Made by a program: the position numbers and the translations under genes
Shown: positions 47,641 through 57,853 of the stretch, piece by piece
How the letters are laid out: every line of letters begins with the position of its first letter
How positions within the stretch are numbered: the first letter of the stretch is position 1
Notes under the pieces: generated by a model
The model's database searches: none
Told to the model about the DNA's origin: nothing
The model's input: only the letters and a program-made list of their open reading frames with translations
Virus record (IMG/VR): IMGVR_UViG_3300028115_000004
Coordinates: 1 to 64,000 of that record
Reading direction: 5' to 3' (one strand)
DNA: 64,000 nt
Source of the DNA: a virus

Positions 47641-48013
47641 TCCATTTGATTTCTTGAATAGTATCAACACTACCAAGAAAAACCTCATGGAAGGAACAGA
47701 CGAAGAGAAACAGTACGTACCATTCGTGGTCAATCGGAGTCTGTCTTACTTCCCTGACACCGTTCATCTCGCAAATGTGATGAACATTCACCACAACCTA
47801 GACAATCGTCTACAATATGATTTTTTTATAAATATCATTAGGAAACGGAAACGTTTCTCTAAATGGGTCAAACCTGAAAGTGAAGCGAACGTGGAAGTGA
47901 TAAAAGAGTATTATGGGTATAGTCATGAGAAAGCCCGTCAAGCATTACCTCTCTTATCTTCCGATCAAATTGAATTTATAAAGAATAAGGTGAACAAAGG
48001 TGGAAGAAAATAA
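47615..48013 (+). CDS. gp62: Clamp loader small subunit
   Basis: PFDFLNSIN, YVPFVVNRSLS, QYDF, KEYYGYS.EKA. Confidence 0.92.
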   Translation: MIMAGQKISPFDFLNSINTTKKNLMEGTDEEKQYVPFVVNRSLSYFPDTVHLANVMNIHHNLDNRLQYDFFINIIRKRKRFSKWVKPESEANVEVIKEYYGYSHEKARQALPLLSSDQIEFIKNKVNKGGRK

Positions 48014-48410
48014 TATCGTTGAATGGAGTCCAGCGAAGATGCTGGAAGTCACTCTGGCAGAACCGGATGACTTCTTGAAGGTACGGGAAACACTAACCCG
48101 AATTGGTGTTGCGTCTCGTAGAGAAAATAAGTTATTCCAATCATGTCATATTTTGCATAAACAGGGCCGGTACTTTATCGTGCACTTCAAAGAACTGTTT
48201 ATGTTGGACGGCAAGAAATCAAACCTAGAACAGACAGACGTTGAACGTAGGAATACGATTGCAACTCTGTTGGCGGACTGGGGACTTGTCGAGATTCAAA
48301 ACAAAGAAGTTGCTAAGGACTGTGCCCCAATGCGTCAGATCAAGATCATTGGATACAAAGATAAAGACCAATGGGAGCTGTGTCCGAAATACAATATTGG
48401 TAATAAGTGA
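48000..48410 (+). CDS. regA: Translational repressor RegA
   Basis: PDDFLKVRETLTRIG, QSCHILHKQGRYFIVHFKELF. Confidence 0.96.
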   Translation: MEENNIVEWSPAKMLEVTLAEPDDFLKVRETLTRIGVASRRENKLFQSCHILHKQGRYFIVHFKELFMLDGKKSNLEQTDVERRNTIATLLADWGLVEIQNKEVAKDCAPMRQIKIIGYKDKDQWELCPKYNIGNK

Positions 48411-48946
48411 TGTTCAATATATTTGAAGACCGTGAAGAAGATATCGCAAACAAAAAACCTTTCTTCGGAAAACTTCCGGAAGGTATAGTAGAGGCTTACT
48501 CTTGGGATCAACACCTAGATATGCTGGATACCCATCCAGACAAGTTGCTTGATCCCAACAGTAAAAAGTTTCGAATCGGACTCAACAGTTTTCATAAAAG
48601 ACCTAGTGCGCCAGAATTCGCATCCACTATCGTAGAAGAGATGGAAGATGTCTTCTCTTTGCACGGCGACAAACGTTCGATCACTAATATTGCTTTCACA
48701 GGTTTTGGTAAGAACTCTGACAGTTACCCTTGGCACAAGGACAGTATGGATGTGTTCCTAGTACAGGTCAAGTCCACTATCGGTCTGAAGGTTGAGGGTG
48801 TCAACGACAACGAAGAGTTTGACTTTGAGCCAGGAGACTACGTGTGGATTCCTCGTGGAACCCACCACCAAATCTTTCCCCGTGTAAGTCGAGTGACCTT
48901 TAGTTTCGGAGTCGAGGGTGACCCTGACCCCTCAATCTATTTCTAA
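48407..48946 (+). CDS. Cupin/JmjC-like oxygenase
   Basis: WHKDSMDVFLVQ...FEPGDYVWIPRGTHH (HxD...H). Confidence 0.75.
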   Translation: MMFNIFEDREEDIANKKPFFGKLPEGIVEAYSWDQHLDMLDTHPDKLLDPNSKKFRIGLNSFHKRPSAPEFASTIVEEMEDVFSLHGDKRSITNIAFTGFGKNSDSYPWHKDSMDVFLVQVKSTIGLKVEGVNDNEEFDFEPGDYVWIPRGTHHQIFPRVSRVTFSFGVEGDPDPSIYF

Positions 48947-49443
48947 GAGAGTCTTACAGGTCTTGTTAGTAAAGCAATAGATGGGATTACCGTCTTGTCG
49001 ATAACACGAAGTCTGACCGTATCTGTGTCGGTGTCTGAATCGTTGAAAGGATTTGTTTCGATGTCATGAGTACTGTCCGAATCAATAAGAGTCTGGACGA
49101 ATGCTCTACCCGTGATAGTAATTTGAGTACCGTCTGTGGGGCCTCTGAAGACACCTTGATCTAGAGAAAGGTTTCCGATCAGACCACCACCAGAAACCGA
49201 TAGGGTTACATCGTCATGATGATCCCCCGAAACGAAAGAACCTTCGGGTGGTGTGTAGGTGAAAGACTCTTCCGCAGAATCATCAAACATAAAAGGTAGG
49301 GTTACACTCAGACTTGGAGTACCCCATACCATTCGGTTTCTAGAACTGTTCCACGTCATCACGTCCCCACTATCCGGAGAAGCGTCTTCGTAAGCAAATG
49401 CGTAACGTGGGTAATCGGAATCAATAGTTAATGGCATTGACAA
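48943..49443 (-). CDS. Hypothetical acidic D/S/T-rich protein, possibly a virion protein
   Basis: 166-aa ORF filling the gap on the minus strand; six DS motifs; CTAAATA late-like box at about 49475-49481 (minus strand). Confidence 0.6.
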   Translation of the reverse strand: MSMPLTIDSDYPRYAFAYEDASPDSGDVMTWNSSRNRMVWGTPSLSVTLPFMFDDSAEESFTYTPPEGSFVSGDHHDDVTLSVSGGGLIGNLSLDQGVFRGPTDGTQITITGRAFVQTLIDSDSTHDIETNPFNDSDTDTDTVRLRVIDKTVIPSIALLTRPVRLS

Positions 49444-49465
49444 AAAACTCCAAGTATGTTATAGT
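49437..49465 (+). promoter_or_regulatory. Sigma70-like promoter TTGACA-17-TATAGT for hsp20
   Basis: Extended TG; followed by a leader hairpin at 49494-49519. Confidence 0.65.
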
Positions 49466-49551
49466 TTACAATACTATTTAGTATATATAGTAGTGCATAT
49501 GCCGATGGTCGGGTATGCAATAGTCTTGCTTATTTAAAAAGGAGATACAAC

Positions 49552-49980
49552 ATGACTAATAATCTTAAAGCTAATACGCTCTTCCCTCGTGCCTCGTTTG
49601 TGGGGTTTGACCACCTGTTTCAAGAACTTGATTGGGTTGCCAAACACGCCACTGATACATATCCTCCACATAACATTGTGAAGGTTAGTGAAAACGATTA
49701 TCTAATCGAAATCGCAGTCGCAGGGTTTACTATGGACGATCTGGAGATTGAACAGGATGAACGCACTCTTACCGTTAAAGGTGAGAAGGCCAAAGCTGAA
49801 GGTGTTGAAGAACCTTCCTACATCCATAAGGGAATCTCGCAGAAGAAGTTCAAGAGGGTGTTTAGACTGTCCGAATACGTCTTTGTTGACGGTGCTTCTC
49901 TAAAGGATGGAATTCTGTCCGTTCAGTTGAAGTTTGAACTCCCCGACGAGAAGAGACCTCGTAAAATTTCTATCACGTAA
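49552..49980 (+). CDS. hsp20: Small heat-shock protein (IbpA-like Hsp20)
   Basis: VGFD, YPPHNI, IEIAVAGF, YIHKGIS, A.LKDGIL.V, KRPRKI.I. Confidence 0.93.
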   Translation: MTNNLKANTLFPRASFVGFDHLFQELDWVAKHATDTYPPHNIVKVSENDYLIEIAVAGFTMDDLEIEQDERTLTVKGEKAKAEGVEEPSYIHKGISQKKFKRVFRLSEYVFVDGASLKDGILSVQLKFELPDEKRPRKISIT

Positions 49981-49998
49981 TTTATCGAGGAAACTTAA

Positions 49999-50106
49999 AT
50001 GAAAAATCTAATGAAAAATCTTGATCGGTACTTTGAAGATGCTGGTATGCTGGTATTGCTTGTTGCAACAGTAGGCATCATGTTCCAAAGTCTAAGTCAA
50101 ATCTAA
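49999..50106 (+). CDS. 35-aa single-TM peptide (not in the ORF track)
   Basis: SD gagga; MKNLMKNLDRYFEDAGMLVLLVATVGIMFQSLSQI; followed by a hairpin at 50115-50133. Confidence 0.5.
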   Translation: MKNLMKNLDRYFEDAGMLVLLVATVGIMFQSLSQI

Positions 50107-50150
50107 AATAAACAGGGGGGTGAAAGTCCCCCCACCTATGGAGAGGAAAG

Positions 50151-50339
50151 TTGTTCAAGGAACTCAGGAAGTGTTTGCAATGCGGAGATGAGTTTGTATG
50201 TGTTTTAATATGGGCTAAATATTGCAGTGGAGAATGTGAGATAGAGGCGCATGAAGGTATACCAAATCATAATGAAGGACGACGAAAGGTCGGAGAAGTA
50301 TGCGGAGATCAGTCGGGAATCGTTTCGAAACCTGATTGA
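50151..50339 (+). CDS. Possible small zinc-ribbon protein
   Basis: CLQC...YCSGEC; SD gagg; overlaps the next gene by 89 nt. Confidence 0.35.
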   Translation: MFKELRKCLQCGDEFVCVLIWAKYCSGECEIEAHEGIPNHNEGRRKVGEVCGDQSGIVSKPD

Positions 50340-51045
50340 TGATGGAACCCTTGAGTTCCACACCTTCGATGCTATCACACCAGATCATCCTGACTTTGAA
50401 GACATCATTGCAATGTATGAGTGGAGACCCTCTCTTGCACTCATGGATAGAACCAAGGATGTAGATGATCACTCCCCAACCGAGAAGGCAGGAATGTGTT
50501 CTCACTGGGAACTTATGCGTAGACAAGGTGAGTCGGAAGAACGGTTCCTGATCATGGAACACGATACATACTTGTTGTCAGAACATGAGGATGAGTTCCG
50601 TAACCTATTGGGTTACATTGAAACGAAAGATATTTGTTATGCAAACATCGGTTTGTTTATGGGTTGTTATTCCTTCTCAACTCACTGTGCAAAGTGGCAG
50701 TATCAACTAATTAAGGATCAGGGGTTCTGGATCAACGGTGGGCCTTACGGTGTCCTAGAACGACTTTTTAAGAACTACATTGAACACTACTTATCAAAAC
50801 GAGATTATCTTGGAAAGGAAAATATTGTCATTCATCCTTGGCACGGTTGTGATACTCTGTATTTTGGCAGGGACATCTTCTCGGCCTATAACACGCACGA
50901 TCCCGATAGAGAGAACTCAGTACGTACTCCAACAACCCAAGTAGTTTCCAAATCACTGAAGGTCACCCAAGACCATCACAGATATCCAGACCAACACCTT
51001 GAGGAACCTTGGACTCGACACCACTATATGAAAATTGTCCCTTGA
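50251..51045 (+). CDS. Glycosyltransferase family 25-like
   Basis: FDAITP, E.AGMCSHWELM, LIMEHD. Confidence 0.7.
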   Translation: MKVYQIIMKDDERSEKYAEISRESFRNLIDDGTLEFHTFDAITPDHPDFEDIIAMYEWRPSLALMDRTKDVDDHSPTEKAGMCSHWELMRRQGESEERFLIMEHDTYLLSEHEDEFRNLLGYIETKDICYANIGLFMGCYSFSTHCAKWQYQLIKDQGFWINGGPYGVLERLFKNYIEHYLSKRDYLGKENIVIHPWHGCDTLYFGRDIFSAYNTHDPDRENSVRTPTTQVVSKSLKVTQDHHRYPDQHLEEPWTRHHYMKIVP

Positions 51046-51070
51046 CACCCACCAGTGGTTCATGTATAAT
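51042..51070 (+). promoter_or_regulatory. Sigma70-like promoter TTGACA-17-TATAAT for gp43
   Basis: Consensus boxes. Confidence 0.8.
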
Positions 51071-51096
51071 ACACGAACACTGACAGAGGCACCTAC

Positions 51097-53580
51097 ATGA
51101 TTCAACCAATGTTTTACACGTCCGTAGTCCGGTTCGGCAGTAACCTGTTGTTCCGTGGGTACGCAGAGAACGGCAAACGTATTCAAACCAAGATTCCGTT
51201 CAAGCCTACGTTGTACGTGCAGTCCAACAAGAACCAGTCGGGTTGGCGTGGCCTCGATGGTACAATGGTCGAACCCATGAAGTTCGACTCCATGAAAGAA
51301 GCAACCGAATTCCAGAAACGATACGAGGACATCCCTAACTTCAAAATCTATGGGATGAATAACTTCGTGTCTCAGTTTATTGCAGAGGTCTTTCCTGCCC
51401 CGATCAAGTTCAACCGTGATTGGGTGGATGTCTGCACCATCGACATTGAGGTGGCGTCCGACGATGGATTCCCCGAACCACAGTCCGCAGACTATCCTGT
51501 CATTTCGATCACTATCAAACAACCCAACTCTCCCTATCGGGTGTGGGGTCTGTATGACTACAATGCAGGCGAGGATGTGATCTACGAGAAGTGTGAGTCA
51601 GAATCCCAACTCCTCATGAAGTTTGTGGATCACTGGTTCCGTAACCAACCAGACATCGTGACGGGTTGGAACACACGGTTCTTCGATATCCCCTATCTGG
51701 TCAACCGCATCACCAAGACGATTGGTGAGGACATGGTGAAGAAACTTTCACCGTGGGGTCTCGTGCGTGAGGGTAACCCCACCATCAATGGCAAGAAACA
51801 ACAAGAGTATAAGCTCGAGGGTATCGAACAACTTGACTACCTAGAAATCTTCAAGAAGTTTACCTACAACACGTTGGGACAACAAGAGTCCTACCGTCTT
51901 GACCATATCGCACACGTGGTACTTGGTGAGGGTAAACTGTCCTATGAGGAACACGGTTCCCTACACGCACTGTACAAGACTGACTTTCAGAAGTTCATCG
52001 ACTATAATATCAAGGACGTTGAACTCGTGGAGAAACTGGATGAGAAACTTGATCTCATCTCTCTGGTTCTCACTATGGCTTATCGTGGTGGGGTGAACTA
52101 CAATGACACCCTTGGAACCACAAACATCTGGGACACAATCATCTATCGTATTCTAAACGGTCGTAAGATTGCAGTTCCGCCCAAAGTTGAGAAACCCAAG
52201 ACCCCCTACCCTGGCGGTTACGTGAAAGACCCACAGGTCGGCAGTCACGATTGGGTTACCTCGTTTGACCTTAACTCGCTGTACCCCAATATCATTGTCC
52301 AGTACAACATGTCACCTGAGACTGTCATGGACGGATTCTATAATGACGTATCGGTGGATGCATTCCTTGCCGGTGACATCGATGTGTCCGGTAATCCCTT
52401 CTCTATCGCACCGACAGGCATTAAGTTTACTCACGAACGTGAAGGTGTGATTCCTAGTATTATTAAACAGTACTATGATGAACGTCGAGTCATCAAGAAA
52501 GAGATGTTGAAGTTGCAACAAAAAAACCAAGACAATCCTAGTCGAGAGTTGGAATACAAGATCACCTCCCTGAACAACCAACAGATGGCCATCAAGATTC
52601 TAATGAACTCTCTCTACGGTGCACTTGGTAACCGATGGTTCCGTTACTTTGATCAACGGGTTGCGGAGTCCATCACACTTGCGGGTCAGTTGTCAATCAA
52701 GTGGGCAGAACGTGCCGTCAATGAGGAGATGAACAAGTTGCTCCAGACTGACGAAGATTACGTTGTTGCGATTGACACTGACTCCTTATACATTCGGATG
52801 AGTTCTCTGGTCGAGAAGTTCAATCCGAAAGACCCCGTGAAGTTTCTGGACAAGATTTGTTCCGAACACTTCGAAAAGGTTCTGGAGAAATCCTATGCGG
52901 AGATGGCGAGAGTCACCAGTGCAATGGTCAACCGTATGGAGATGGGACGTGAGGTAATCGCAGACCGTGGTATCTGGATGGCCAAGAAACGTTACATCCT
53001 CAATGTCCACAACAACGAGGGTGTGCAGTACGTGACCCCTAAACTCAAGTTGATGGGTATTGAAGCGGTCAAATCTTCAACTCCGCAGGTCGTTCGTGAT
53101 AAGTTCAAGGAAGTCTTTCGTGTCATCGTAGAAGGTTCCGAATCAGACACTCAGGCCTTTATTAGGGACTTTAAGTCCCAATTCAGGAACCGTCCACCCG
53201 AAGACATTTCGTTCCCTCGTGGGGTTTCGGAGATCACCAAGTGGCAGGATCGACAGACCGTCTACAAGAAGGGTTGTCCTATCCACGTGCGTGGTGCGAT
53301 CCTGTACAACAATGCGATCAAGGAACACTCCCTAACCAAACGGTACGAGCTGGTCAAAAATGGTGAGAAGATAAAGTTCGTCTATTTGAGAATGCCTAAC
53401 CGTCTAAATGAGAATGTGATTGCGTATCCTCTGAACCTCCCACCGGAGTTGGGGTTGCACGATTACGTGAACTATGATATGATGTTCGACAAGACATTCC
53501 TAGACCCACTCATACCTATTCTGGATGCAGTCGGATGGACTGCAGAACCACAGGCTACCCTTGATGATTTTTTCTCTTGA
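51097..53580 (+). CDS. gp43: Family B DNA polymerase
   Basis: [39 protein letters not shown]. Confidence 0.97.
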   Translation: MIQPMFYTSVVRFGSNLLFRGYAENGKRIQTKIPFKPTLYVQSNKNQSGWRGLDGTMVEPMKFDSMKEATEFQKRYEDIPNFKIYGMNNFVSQFIAEVFPAPIKFNRDWVDVCTIDIEVASDDGFPEPQSADYPVISITIKQPNSPYRVWGLYDYNAGEDVIYEKCESESQLLMKFVDHWFRNQPDIVTGWNTRFFDIPYLVNRITKTIGEDMVKKLSPWGLVREGNPTINGKKQQEYKLEGIEQLDYLEIFKKFTYNTLGQQESYRLDHIAHVVLGEGKLSYEEHGSLHALYKTDFQKFIDYNIKDVELVEKLDEKLDLISLVLTMAYRGGVNYNDTLGTTNIWDTIIYRILNGRKIAVPPKVEKPKTPYPGGYVKDPQVGSHDWVTSFDLNSLYPNIIVQYNMSPETVMDGFYNDVSVDAFLAGDIDVSGNPFSIAPTGIKFTHEREGVIPSIIKQYYDERRVIKKEMLKLQQKNQDNPSRELEYKITSLNNQQMAIKILMNSLYGALGNRWFRYFDQRVAESITLAGQLSIKWAERAVNEEMNKLLQTDEDYVVAIDTDSLYIRMSSLVEKFNPKDPVKFLDKICSEHFEKVLEKSYAEMARVTSAMVNRMEMGREVIADRGIWMAKKRYILNVHNNEGVQYVTPKLKLMGIEAVKSSTPQVVRDKFKEVFRVIVEGSESDTQAFIRDFKSQFRNRPPEDISFPRGVSEITKWQDRQTVYKKGCPIHVRGAILYNNAIKEHSLTKRYELVKNGEKIKFVYLRMPNRLNENVIAYPLNLPPELGLHDYVNYDMMFDKTFLDPLIPILDAVGWTAEPQATLDDFFS

Positions 53581-53613
53581 CAAATACACTTGATGTATGA
53601 TATGATACACCCC

Positions 53614-54549
53614 ATGTATGAATTAACTATGTTCAAAAACCAGTTTGACAACAAGACTCACCGGCGTCTGTCGTTTGAGTCGTGGGATTCCTTTGTCAAA
53701 TGGTTATATAAGATATCTGAAATTAAAGGAGAGAAAGGTGGAAATAATTCTAGTCCTCTTATTACTCCTGCTGTGTTTGAGGACGGTACTACTCGTTCAA
53801 ACAAAACAACTAACTATTGGGCAGGCTGGTGTTGCGTGGATGTTGATGATCATGACTTTCCTGCTGATACCCTGAAGGAGGTTTTGATTGATCGTTTTGG
53901 TGAGTATGACTTTGTTTGTTACAGTACTGCTTCTAATAGTAGCACTCTACCTAAATTTCGCCTCGTATTCCGAACTGACGAACAGGTGGATAGAGACCGA
54001 ATTAAACAATTCTGGTTTGCACTCAACACATCCCTTGGTGAACTTGGTGACCCACAGACAAAAGACCTTGCAAGAATGTATTACGTTCCAGCGCAGTATC
54101 CTTGTGATTCTAATTTTATTTTTGACCATCGAGGCGGGAGTTCTATTAATGTATCCGAGTTGATGGCGAAACACCCATACATTCAAAAGACAGGTAATTC
54201 CTTCCTAGATAGATTACCACCAGAATTGCAGAAGGCGGTAATTGAACACCGTAAGAGTCAACTAGATAATACCAACTATACGTGGACATCCTACCATGAC
54301 TGTCCTTTCTGGCCCAAGAGTCTTGCAGTAGAGTATATGCATATCTCTAATACAGGTTGGTATCACAAGATGTATCAGATCATGGTAGCGGTTGCGGGAC
54401 GTGCGTATGAGAGTGGTTATCCGATCACTGCAAATCAGATTGCGGAGATGTGTAAACAGTTTGATAGCGAGACGGGTAATTGGTATGAGAACAGACCATT
54501 GACAGTAGAGGCAGACAGAGCTTTGGAGTACATTTATAAAAATGGATAA
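53614..54549 (+). CDS. AEP-superfamily primase/primpol-like protein
   Basis: WCCVDVDD, YSTAS...KFRLVF, D..TKD.ARMYYVP; helical C-domain; probable start ATG 53614 after TTGACA(53577)-18-TATGAT. Confidence 0.65.
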   Translation: MYELTMFKNQFDNKTHRRLSFESWDSFVKWLYKISEIKGEKGGNNSSPLITPAVFEDGTTRSNKTTNYWAGWCCVDVDDHDFPADTLKEVLIDRFGEYDFVCYSTASNSSTLPKFRLVFRTDEQVDRDRIKQFWFALNTSLGELGDPQTKDLARMYYVPAQYPCDSNFIFDHRGGSSINVSELMAKHPYIQKTGNSFLDRLPPELQKAVIEHRKSQLDNTNYTWTSYHDCPFWPKSLAVEYMHISNTGWYHKMYQIMVAVAGRAYESGYPITANQIAEMCKQFDSETGNWYENRPLTVEADRALEYIYKNG

Positions 54550-55546
54550 GTTAAAAATATTAATCACAGGTGGGGCTGGTTTTATCGGTTCTCAATTGTA
54601 TGCGAGACTCGCAGATAAACATGATGTTGTATCGATGGATAACTACAACGATCATCTCTATCATCCCAAACTAAAGACTCAAAGAACCAAACAGTTCGAA
54701 CTTACGTTCTGGGATAGAGATATTCGAAGTGACATCTTGACGAATTCATCTCTAATTAATCACGGAGGCGCTGGGCCTTTTGATTATATTATTCACCTCG
54801 CAGCACACGCAGGTGTGAGAGATTCCTTTGGTAATGAAGCTGAGTATCATTCTAACAATATTGACGGTACTCAAAAGTTGATTGATATTATCAACGATAT
54901 GCCTGAAGGTATGAAGAGACCTCGTGTGATCTATGCATCTACTAGTTCTGTTTATGGTGGTACTCCCATTACAGAAAACGGTTGGGTTGAAGATAACGTT
55001 AAGGCGCACCAACTGAACGCTTATGCATACACTAAGTACGTCAACGAATGTCAGTTCAAGTCCTCTGGTATTGATAATGTTGGACTGAGATTCTTTACTG
55101 TTTATGGCCCTTGGGGTCGTCCTGATATGGCACTCTTTCAGTTTACGAAAAAAATACTTGACGGAGAGACCATTGACGTGTATAATTATGGGGACATGAA
55201 ACGAGACTTTACCTACATCGACGATATTCTTGACGGTATTGAGATTGTCCTTGAGAAGTTTGATAGTCGTGAAATTGAGTCAAATGAAATATTTAATATC
55301 GGTAGGGGTGAACAGGTTCAACTGATGGACTTCATCAAGGCGATTGAACGGGAGACCGGAAAGGGTGCCAAGATGAATCTCTGTGAGAAACACCCCGCAG
55401 ATACTAAAGAGACTTGGAGTAACACAGAGAAACTTCAGGCACTTGGATATAGTCCCAAGGTGTCTATTGATGAAGGTGTTAAGAAATTTTTTGAATGGTA
55501 CAAAGAGTGGATACCTAAACTAGGAGATGTAACAAATGGCAGATGA
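54542..55546 (+). CDS. NAD-dependent UDP-glucuronate 4-epimerase-like protein
   Basis: ITGGAGFIG, HLAAHAGVR, ASTSSVYG, YAYTK, RFFTVYGPWGRPDMA. Confidence 0.9.
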   Translation: MDKLKILITGGAGFIGSQLYARLADKHDVVSMDNYNDHLYHPKLKTQRTKQFELTFWDRDIRSDILTNSSLINHGGAGPFDYIIHLAAHAGVRDSFGNEAEYHSNNIDGTQKLIDIINDMPEGMKRPRVIYASTSSVYGGTPITENGWVEDNVKAHQLNAYAYTKYVNECQFKSSGIDNVGLRFFTVYGPWGRPDMALFQFTKKILDGETIDVYNYGDMKRDFTYIDDILDGIEIVLEKFDSREIESNEIFNIGRGEQVQLMDFIKAIERETGKGAKMNLCEKHPADTKETWSNTEKLQALGYSPKVSIDEGVKKFFEWYKEWIPKLGDVTNGR

Positions 55547-56564
55547 TTTTGACAAATATAATCCAGCAATGAATGAGGCAGCTGGGCCTACTCAAGCGGA
55601 CAAACAGAAACCGATCAGTTACAACAACCCCTTTCGACTAGGGATTGTTGGACACGGCTTTGTTGGTCGTGCGGTCGAGTATGCATTCACACATCCCCTA
55701 GTGGATTTGCATATCGCTGATCCGAAGTATGATACTTCTGTTGACGATATGTTGGAGTTTGATCCTATGTGTGTGTTCGTGTGTGCGCCTACGCCCATGA
55801 ATGCAGAAACGGGTTTCGTGGATGCGTCTATTGTTGAGGATGCAGTACTCAAGTTGATTGAACATACCGAAGCATTGGTTGTTGTTAAATCGACAATTAC
55901 ACCTGACATTATTGACCGTCTGTACAACTCTATGTTCGAAGATGGGGTTGACCGTTTCGTGTATAACCCTGAGTTCCTCACGGAGAAGTCTGCAGAAGAA
56001 CAGTTCGTGAATGCTGACTTCCATGTTCTTGGTGGTACTGAACGTGGTACTGCAGAACTGACTCAGATTTATGATATCTTCAGTCTGTGCAAATCTGACA
56101 CGTACTATCGCATGTCAGCTGCAGAGGCATCGTTTGTTAAGTATGGTATTAACGCATTCCTTGCAACCAAGGTCACGTTCTTTAATCAGTTCTTTGATCT
56201 TGTCAACATGTTCGGATGTAGTTATAATATCGTTACTCGTGCAATGGGTTCTGACCCTCGTGTGGGTATCGGTCACACTCGTGTGCCGGGCTATGATCGC
56301 AAACGTGGATTCGGTGGTGCATGTCTTCCCAAGGATACGACTGCACTGTTGAAGTTCTCAGAGATCAAGGACGAAGAAGGTAACGTGGTCAGTTTTGATC
56401 TGTTGAAGAATGTGTTGGATATCAACAATCGTTATCGACAGAACTACGAACTTGACGAACGAGAGAAAGCAAACAATATTACATTTGGAGATGAAAATGA
56501 GCGTGATGGACAAACTGAAGAAGAACAGCAAGATCAAGACAACGGAGGTGTTGTCGGAGAGTAA
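55536..56564 (+). CDS. UDP-glucose/GDP-mannose dehydrogenase (lacking the C-terminal UDP-binding domain)
   Basis: IVGHGFVG, CAPTP, VVKST, NPEFL, GFGGACLPKD. Confidence 0.88.
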   Translation: MADDFDKYNPAMNEAAGPTQADKQKPISYNNPFRLGIVGHGFVGRAVEYAFTHPLVDLHIADPKYDTSVDDMLEFDPMCVFVCAPTPMNAETGFVDASIVEDAVLKLIEHTEALVVVKSTITPDIIDRLYNSMFEDGVDRFVYNPEFLTEKSAEEQFVNADFHVLGGTERGTAELTQIYDIFSLCKSDTYYRMSAAEASFVKYGINAFLATKVTFFNQFFDLVNMFGCSYNIVTRAMGSDPRVGIGHTRVPGYDRKRGFGGACLPKDTTALLKFSEIKDEEGNVVSFDLLKNVLDINNRYRQNYELDEREKANNITFGDENERDGQTEEEQQDQDNGGVVGE

Positions 56565-57549
56565 GTTCTTCACTGAAAAGGACATGGTTCCTACCGATGT
56601 GCCAATGGTTAACGTGGCACTATCGGGTTCAATCAACGGTGGTGTGACGCCAGGACTTACGGTTCTGGCAGGCCCATCGAAACACTTCAAGACTTCATTC
56701 GCCCTGTTGATGGCGGGTGCGTATCTGAAGGAGAAAGAAGATGCGGTATTACTATTCTATGATAGTGAGTTTGGTTCCCCCCAATCTTATTTCCAACAGT
56801 TTGGAATTGACACTAGTCGTGTCCTTCACACTCCTATCACAAATGTAGAAGAACTCAAGTTCGATCTAATCAATCAACTTGAAGAAATAGATCGTGATGA
56901 TAATGTCATTGTCGTTATCGATTCGATTGGTAACCTTGCGTCCAAGAAAGAACTTGAAGATGCATTGAATGAGAAAGGTGTTGCTGACATGTCTCGTGCG
57001 AAAGCACTGAAAGGTCTGTTCCGTATGGCAACCCCATACCTTGCGATGAAGAACATTCCTATGTTGGCTGTCAACCATACCTACAAAGAGATCGGTTTGT
57101 TCCCGAAAGATATTGTGGGTGGTGGTACGGGTATCTACTACTCTGCCGATAACATCTGGATTCTGGGTCGTCAACAAGACAAACAGGGTACTGAGATCAA
57201 GGGTTATCACTTTGTAATCAATGTGGAGAAGTCCCGTTATGTTAAAGAAAAGTCTAAAATCCCTATCTCAGTTTCTTGGGAAGGCGGTGTTCAACGTTGG
57301 AGCGGCCTTTTGGATGTTGCTCTTGTTGGTGGGTATGTTGCTAAGCCTAGTAACGGTTGGTACTGTCGTGTTGACACTAACACTGGGGAACTGGTTGACC
57401 CTAAAGTTCGATTGGCTCAGACACTAGAAGAAGAGTTCTGGGCTCCGATCTTTGAGTTTAGTGACTTCGCAGATTTTCTGGAGAAACAATACAAGATCGG
57501 TCTACCTCAACAGGTTGGGATGGATGAGATTGTCGATGCCGAAGATTAA
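56497..57549 (+). CDS. uvsX: RecA-like recombinase UvsX
   Basis: AGPSKHFKT, FYDSEFG, IDSIGNLASKKE, GGGTG.YYSAD; start moved to MSVMDKL. Confidence 0.95.
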   Translation: MSVMDKLKKNSKIKTTEVLSESKFFTEKDMVPTDVPMVNVALSGSINGGVTPGLTVLAGPSKHFKTSFALLMAGAYLKEKEDAVLLFYDSEFGSPQSYFQQFGIDTSRVLHTPITNVEELKFDLINQLEEIDRDDNVIVVIDSIGNLASKKELEDALNEKGVADMSRAKALKGLFRMATPYLAMKNIPMLAVNHTYKEIGLFPKDIVGGGTGIYYSADNIWILGRQQDKQGTEIKGYHFVINVEKSRYVKEKSKIPISVSWEGGVQRWSGLLDVALVGGYVAKPSNGWYCRVDTNTGELVDPKVRLAQTLEEEFWAPIFEFSDFADFLEKQYKIGLPQQVGMDEIVDAED

Positions 57550-57853
57550 TGTCGATAAGGTCTCGGAGGGAATTGACTACAAGTTGATTCCCGTCGAGGA
57601 CTCACCAAATGATCAAGCGTGGGATGTTCGCATCCTACGTGGTGATCTTACAGAAACAGTTATTCGTTATGGAAATGTCGCTTTTGATGGCAGTAGGGAT
57701 TGCCTTACCTTCAACTTTGTGATAGTATACACCCCTGACCCTGAAGTGACAACTGAAGACGTAAACCTTCAAGAACATGCCGCTGATATCCTAGAAGACA
57801 TTCTGGAGAAGGCACATGCGGAGGGGTGGCTCGTCGCACAAGAGAGGAAATAG
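57536..57853 (+). CDS. Hypothetical protein in the gp40 position
   Basis: Lies between uvsX and gp41; start MPKINVDK. Confidence 0.6.
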   Translation: MPKINVDKVSEGIDYKLIPVEDSPNDQAWDVRILRGDLTETVIRYGNVAFDGSRDCLTFNFVIVYTPDPEVTTEDVNLQEHAADILEDILEKAHAEGWLVAQERK

